From positions 63,005 through 127,004 of the forward strand of contig JBGANF010000007.1 of assembly GCA_044222475.1 (NCBI GenBank): DNA of 64,000 bases, in the 5' to 3' direction. How positions within the stretch are numbered: the stretch's first letter is position 1; each line of letters begins with the position of its first letter. Positions 59,068-64,000 of this stretch are shown here, in pieces. The position numbers were made by a program, and so were the translations under genes. The stretch comes from Polyangiaceae bacterium (GTDB lineage: Bacteria > Myxococcota_A > Polyangia > Polyangiales > Polyangiaceae). A model generated the notes under the pieces. That model did no database searches. It had not been told where the DNA came from and saw only the letters and a list, made by a program, of their open reading frames with translations.

Positions 59068-60002
59068 CTCATCAATTGGTGCACACGGTCTCGCAAGCGC
59101 GAGTCGAGCCCTGCCTCGCGCGCGAGCGCACGACGTAGGTTCTCGCGACCTTCTTCCACTCCGCCCGCTCCGATCTGAATCTCACCGAGCGTCGCCAGCA
59201 ACGTCGGGTTCTCCGGCAGAATCGAGAGGCCCGCTTGGAGAAGGAGCCACGCCTCCTTTGGCTTTCCCGCGCCGACGAGCTCGAACGCGTGGAAGCCGAT
59301 GAAGCTCGTGATGGGCTCGAACGACGCGAGCGCCGCGCCGACGAGGACGTTGCCGGCCTGACGTGCCACCGCCACTGCGCGCGCCTGATCACCCGTCTTG
59401 ACTGCAGCGAGGAGCGCACGCAGGAACGGAGTGCACTCGTTCATCGCCTCTTGCGCGGTCTTGCCCGAGCCGGCTCTCACGAGCGGCATGACGACCGTCG
59501 AGAGGTAGTTCATCAGAACGAGCTCTCCCCTGCCGTAGCGGGCGAGCATCTCGTGCCCGTGAGCGTCCTCGTGACGTGACCAGACGCCCGCTTCGCGATC
59601 GAGGCGAAGAAACATCGCTTCGCGTGGATGAAGCGCGATCGTCGTGGCCACCAGGCGGCCCTGAAGCGAGACGGACACTGCGTGGCGCCCGGCGGAAACG
59701 CCCACGAAGCCGTGGGGCGGTGCTCCGAACGGATCCGCGGGGTCTCGATAGCCGCCTGCGGAGGCGGCCGCGGTGGTCGCGCCGCCTACGGCGACGCCGT
59801 CGACGTAGCACGTCGACCAGTCATTTCCGGTGAGCGCGAGCAGACAGGCGTCGGGCCCACTGCTCGCCGTGGCGAGCTCGTGGTAGCGCGCCCGCTGCTG
59901 GTCCATCGCGTGCTGGGCTCCGGCCGCCTCCATCGACAGCTCGAGCTCGCGATCCTGGGCTGCGGACACCGCACGGGCGATCAATCCAATCGGGATGAAC
60001 AT
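59061..60002 (-). CDS. Hypothetical protein with C-terminal TPR-like helices
   Basis: EAWLLLQAGLSILPENPTLLATLGEI pattern. Confidence 0.7.
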   Translation of the reverse strand: MFIPIGLIARAVSAAQDRELELSMEAAGAQHAMDQQRARYHELATASSGPDACLLALTGNDWSTCYVDGVAVGGATTAAASAGGYRDPADPFGAPPHGFVGVSAGRHAVSVSLQGRLVATTIALHPREAMFLRLDREAGVWSRHEDAHGHEMLARYGRGELVLMNYLSTVVMPLVRAGSGKTAQEAMNECTPFLRALLAAVKTGDQARAVAVARQAGNVLVGAALASFEPITSFIGFHAFELVGAGKPKEAWLLLQAGLSILPENPTLLATLGEIQIGAGGVEEGRENLRRALAREAGLDSRLRDRVHQLMSQ

Positions 60003-60042
60003 GGTCCTCCAGGCTCCAGCTTCCGCCTAGGGTGAGTTTCTG

Positions 60043-62187
60043 TCAACGCGCGACGGTGATGGGCTCGACCTCACCATTCGCTCGTATCGACACGAGATGA
60101 GTGACGTCGTTCACCGCAAACGATGCGACGACGAAGCTCCAGCGTGCAGCAACGACCTTGTGTTTCCAGGTGTCTTGGTGCGGACCGACGAGGGTTCGAT
60201 GCTCGACGCCATCGGTCCCTACGGTGCGCACGATGGTGTATCCGTGCGAGGTGGAGAACGTGACGCGCAGCGGCGGCGGGCACGCGTCCGCGACGCGCCA
60301 CTGGTCTCCTTCGACCTGGAGGCGCGCGACCGGCACCTCGCAGGAACCTCCGCATGCGGCGAGAACGGGGCCGTGCCCTTCGCACGTGACGACGGCGAGC
60401 CCCGATGCGGCATCGGTTCCCGTCGCGAGCACCTGTGGCGGCGACCTCGGATCACGCCCTCCACGGGCGAACGCCTTGCCGTCGGCGTCGAGCCAGGCGA
60501 GCCAACCCTCGACGAACGCGAGGTGGGCGGTGTCGCCATCCCACTTTGGGACCATGAACGTGTTTTCGCTCTTGGAGCCATCCGCCCGAACGGTGGACAC
60601 GACGACCTTCTCGTCGCCCGGATCGAGGACGTAGGCGTCACCGTCGCGGCTCGTGCCGGCGATCGACGCTCTCGACGACGGGAGTACGATGTCACGACAG
60701 CGGAGCGTCTTTCCGTCGAGGCGGCACAGCTCTTGGCCGTCGAGGAGTGTCGGCGCGTCCTGTCCGGTCAGCTCCGTCCACTCGCCCGAGATGCCAGGTG
60801 TCCCGCCATCCTCGTCGGTGGTCACCACGCCGTCGGTGGACTTCGCTTCGAGTGGGGTTGGCGGCGGTTCGACGTCGGAGGGATCGGAGTAGCGGAAACC
60901 TGCTTTCTCTCCCTCCGCGCCCAGCGACACGATCGCACTGGCGAGCCATTGCGGATGCGCGAGGTCATAGCGGACATTGGACGCGGCGTTCCGCACCGGG
61001 TCGGCTTCTTCTCCGCCATCGTCGTCGCTCGGCCGCTTCGAAAGCTCGTCGACGTAGGTCGCGCAGCGCCACGGGTAGTCCGTACCCGTCGCCTCCGCCG
61101 ACGCCAGCTCGAGCTCGAGCGTCGGCTCCGATGGAGAAGACGTTCCTCCGAGGCATTTCAGGGCGCGACTCCACACCACGGCACGCGCCGCCTCGATTTG
61201 GGATAGGAGCTCGCGTTCGACCTCCCCATCGGACGCCTGCGGGGTGAGCTTCGTGGGTTCGAAGCGGGGATCATGCCACGCGCCTCGTGGCGCGTTCTTC
61301 GCGAGCGCGACGAGGTCGGGAGCGCCACCGAGCGCCCCGCTCTTGGCGAGGGTCTCGAGCGCCGCGGCCATGTCCCTCGCCGAGGGCCAGCGGTCCTCTC
61401 GGCGAAAGGCGAGCGCCCGATCGACGATCGCGACGAGTCCATCCGGCGCCCCCGGAGCGGCCTCGCGGAGCGAACGGGCGGGGCGGGTGGAGGCGAAGAT
61501 CGAGCGCTCCTGAACGGTCTCGGCCTCATGCACGTAGGCACCGGTCACGAGGAAGAAGACCGTCGCTCCGAGGGCCCAGAGATCCGTTCGGCCATCGATC
61601 TCCGCCACCAGTCCGAGCTCTTGCTCGCGCGGCTTGAACCCCGGCGTGCCGAAGCTCTCGCCGTACTGCGTGCTCAGCGTGCTCTCGGCGTCGTGCAGCC
61701 GCGCGATCCCGAAGTCGAGGAGCTTCACCTTCCCCTTCCGCGTGAGGAAGACGTTCTGCGGCTTGATGTCTCGGTGCACCACGCCCTTCGAATGCGCGGC
61801 AGCGAGGACGTCGAGCACCTGACGCGCGATCTCGACGGCATCGCGAGCGCTCAGGTTCCCGCCCCTCGATTGGATCGCGTCGAGGCTCCCCCCGTCGAGG
61901 AGCTCCATGACGAGAACCGGTTGCCCCTCGTCGGTGACCTCGTCGTCGGTGATCGACACGACACCTGGGTGCGCGATCGTGTTGGCGACGAGGGCTTCTC
62001 GGACGAACCGCGCGCGGAGATCGGCTCGTCCGGCGTACTCGGGAGCGAGGAACTTCAGCGCAAATCGCCGGCGGTTCTGGTGCGTCGCCGCGAAGACGGC
62101 GCCCATCCCGCCGACGCCGATCAACGCATCGATGCGGTACCGGCGCAGCTCCGTCCCCACCTTCGCCGCCCAGCGCTCGTCGGTCAT
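60043..62187 (-). CDS. Ser/Thr protein kinase with unknown C-terminal domain
   Basis: GVGGMG, ALK, HRDIKPQN, DFG, GTPGF, DLWALG. Confidence 0.93.
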   Translation of the reverse strand: MTDERWAAKVGTELRRYRIDALIGVGGMGAVFAATHQNRRRFALKFLAPEYAGRADLRARFVREALVANTIAHPGVVSITDDEVTDEGQPVLVMELLDGGSLDAIQSRGGNLSARDAVEIARQVLDVLAAAHSKGVVHRDIKPQNVFLTRKGKVKLLDFGIARLHDAESTLSTQYGESFGTPGFKPREQELGLVAEIDGRTDLWALGATVFFLVTGAYVHEAETVQERSIFASTRPARSLREAAPGAPDGLVAIVDRALAFRREDRWPSARDMAAALETLAKSGALGGAPDLVALAKNAPRGAWHDPRFEPTKLTPQASDGEVERELLSQIEAARAVVWSRALKCLGGTSSPSEPTLELELASAEATGTDYPWRCATYVDELSKRPSDDDGGEEADPVRNAASNVRYDLAHPQWLASAIVSLGAEGEKAGFRYSDPSDVEPPPTPLEAKSTDGVVTTDEDGGTPGISGEWTELTGQDAPTLLDGQELCRLDGKTLRCRDIVLPSSRASIAGTSRDGDAYVLDPGDEKVVVSTVRADGSKSENTFMVPKWDGDTAHLAFVEGWLAWLDADGKAFARGGRDPRSPPQVLATGTDAASGLAVVTCEGHGPVLAACGGSCEVPVARLQVEGDQWRVADACPPPLRVTFSTSHGYTIVRTVGTDGVEHRTLVGPHQDTWKHKVVAARWSFVVASFAVNDVTHLVSIRANGEVEPITVAR

Positions 62188-63500
62188 CGGCTACCGGTGA
62201 GAGCGACGAACACGAGGAGTCCGAAGAAAAGGAAGACGGCGATGCCGATCGCGCCGACCAACCAGACGACGAACGGCGTCGAAGGTTTCAGCGCGGTGCG
62301 CGTCGCGCAGCCGAGGCAGACGACCGACCCATCCGGCGCGTACGCACTCCGCTGCGGCGTCATGCGAACGCCGCACGCGCGGCACGTGAGCAGGTTGGGG
62401 GCGACGATGCACGTCGAGCAGACGTGTCCCCCGAACATGGGCGAGTGCCGAAGCTCCGATGCGTCGACCGCCGCTCCGCACGACGCGCAGCGACCGAGCT
62501 CGCGCGGAGCTGCCGCCGCGGTGACCCCAGGTGTCGCCGTGCCGTGAACCGTCGGCGCCGACTGTGCGGTCGCCGACGCGGAGATTGCTCCAAGCGCAAC
62601 GAGCTTGGCGAGATCCTCGTCTCCGCGCGGACCGACGACCTTCGCGATGGGCTCGAGCGCCGCGTTCATCTCGGTCGCGTCGGCGAACCGATCCGCACGG
62701 TCCATCGACAGCGCCCGGTCGATGACGGCGACCAGCGCCGCGGGGGCGGTCGGGAGCACCTGGGCGAGCGACCGCGCGGGTTTGGAGGAGATCTCCGCCA
62801 TGAGCATGCCGCCCGTGTCGCCGACGTGCGTGTACTGGCCGCTGACCAAGTGGAAGAAGGTGGCGGCGGCGGCCCAGAGGTCGGTCCGGCCATCGATCTC
62901 CTTCGTCCGACCGCGGGTCTGCTCGGGAGGCATGAACGCGGGTGTGCCGAACCCCGCGCCGGTCTTCGTCGCCGCTTGCCCTTCCGTGCCGTCACGCAGG
63001 CGCGCGATGCCGAAGTCGAGAACCTTCAGCGCTCCGCCCCGGGTCAGGAACAGGTTTCCCGGCTTGAGATCGCGGTGGACGATCCCTTTTGCGTTGGCGG
63101 CGCCGAGGACGTCGAGCAATCGCCGCAGCACCTCGACCGCCTCCGGAACGGGAAGCACGCGGAGTCGGTGCTGCACGTTGTCGAGGGACTCCCCGTCGAG
63201 GAGCTCCATGACGAGGTACGGGCTTCCGTCGTCCGCTACGCCGTCCCCGATGACGGCGACGGTGCCTTCGTGCTCGACCGTGTTGGCGACGAGCCCCTCG
63301 CGTCGAAACCGCGCGAGGAACTCGGCGTCCTTCGCGACGATGTAGGGATCGAGGAACTTGAGCGCGACGCGGCTCCGATTTTCATGGGTGGCGGCGAAGA
63401 CCGCCGCCATCCCGCCGACGCCGATGAGCGCATCGAGCCGGTACTTGCCGACCTTCGTTCCCACCCTCGCCCGCCACTGCCAATCGTCTCCCACGTTCAC
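62184..63500 (-). CDS. Ser/Thr protein kinase with four CxxC pairs and C-terminal TM
   Basis: HRDLKPGN, DFG, GTPAFMPPEQ; CASC, CSTC, CRAC, CLGC; start uncertain. Confidence 0.92.
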   Translation of the reverse strand: MNVGDDWQWRARVGTKVGKYRLDALIGVGGMAAVFAATHENRSRVALKFLDPYIVAKDAEFLARFRREGLVANTVEHEGTVAVIGDGVADDGSPYLVMELLDGESLDNVQHRLRVLPVPEAVEVLRRLLDVLGAANAKGIVHRDLKPGNLFLTRGGALKVLDFGIARLRDGTEGQAATKTGAGFGTPAFMPPEQTRGRTKEIDGRTDLWAAAATFFHLVSGQYTHVGDTGGMLMAEISSKPARSLAQVLPTAPAALVAVIDRALSMDRADRFADATEMNAALEPIAKVVGPRGDEDLAKLVALGAISASATAQSAPTVHGTATPGVTAAAAPRELGRCASCGAAVDASELRHSPMFGGHVCSTCIVAPNLLTCRACGVRMTPQRSAYAPDGSVVCLGCATRTALKPSTPFVVWLVGAIGIAVFLFFGLLVFVALTGSR

Positions 63501-63574
63501 CTCGGCCACTCCGCAGGCAAGGCGGATCCCTCGAACGTACATCGTCGACCGACGTCACCTCAAGGGTGTGTCGG

Positions 63575-64000
63575 TCAACCGCCGAGCTGCACGCCTTTGC
63601 CGACCCACGTCGTGGTCTCGCACGCTTCGACCAGGAAATCGGCGAGGTCGGCGCGCGAGATCGACGATGGCACGCTGACGATGTCGGCGGTGCGCACGTA
63701 CTTCCCCTTCGCCGGCCCGTTCGTGAGCCGCGTCGGACGTGCGATCACCCACTCGAGACCACTCTCTTCCGTCATGCGCTCCTGGACGTCGTGATCGGCG
63801 AAGAAGCCCTTCAAGAGCCAGCCGATGAGAAACGTCCGCTGGAACCAGCTCGCCACCGGCTTCGTGCTTCCGACGCCGTGCGCGGTGAGCACGACGAGGC
63901 GCTTCACGCCGTGCTCCTTCATCGCGTCGATGCAGTACTTCGTGCCGCGCGAGAAGTAGTCGGGCTTCTCCTTGATGGCGCTCAGCTTGGTCGGCGAGGC
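63575..64000 (-). CDS. NAD(P)H-binding oxidoreductase (biliverdin reductase B/flavin reductase-like), 5' partial
   Basis: AMKEHGVKRLVV, SGLEWVIARP..L, ISRADLADF. Confidence 0.85.
   Translation of the reverse strand, partial: ASPTKLSAIKEKPDYFSRGTKYCIDAMKEHGVKRLVVLTAHGVGSTKPVASWFQRTFLIGWLLKGFFADHDVQERMTEESGLEWVIARPTRLTNGPAKGKYVRTADIVSVPSSISRADLADFLVEACETTTWVGKGVQLGG

Noticed and set aside
1..64000. tRNA, rRNA, prophage, integrase, reverse transcriptase or known anti-phage defence genes
   Set aside because: No recognisable motifs by eye; a tRNAscan/DefenseFinder run would be needed to exclude them fully

Overview
High-GC bacterial chromosome segment that looks like a myxobacterium (Polyangiaceae/Labilithrix-like). 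This is inferred from a MYXO-CTERM sorting tail, many DAG/DGG-rich Cys-rich lipoproteins, eukaryote-like Ser/Thr kinases, pilC-pilS and a sterol reductase. About 57 genes; no tRNA, rRNA or CRISPR array seen. Housekeeping genes (pckG, Fpg-like glycosylase, isocitrate dehydrogenase, glpK, M16 peptidase, PPIase, UbiB kinase, MlaC) are mixed with accessory secreted proteins. Main signals: (1) A candidate cation-homeostasis module at 14.7-27.5 kb: a leader ORF whose final Pro-Pro codons can pair with the Shine-Dalgarno of a CzcCBA-like RND operon, a Na+/H+ antiporter, and a promoter plus nhaA-I-like (Li+/Na+) riboswitch that leads a two-component system rather than the antiporter. (2) Small elements at gene junctions: a 31-bp hairpin repeat in frame at the same offset in two unrelated genes, and a MIRU-like 20-aa mini-ORF flanked by ATGA on both sides. 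(3) An IS4/IS50-like element bounded by two identical 135-bp left ends, with a target-site duplication inside a GC hairpin. (4) An SDR translationally coupled to an ERG4/ERG24 sterol reductase. (5) A compact pentameric ligand-gated channel homolog. Three loci carry frameshifts (about 2.78, 13.3-13.7 and 39.5-40.6 kb) that may be sequencing errors. All family calls are motif recognition by eye; no searches were run.
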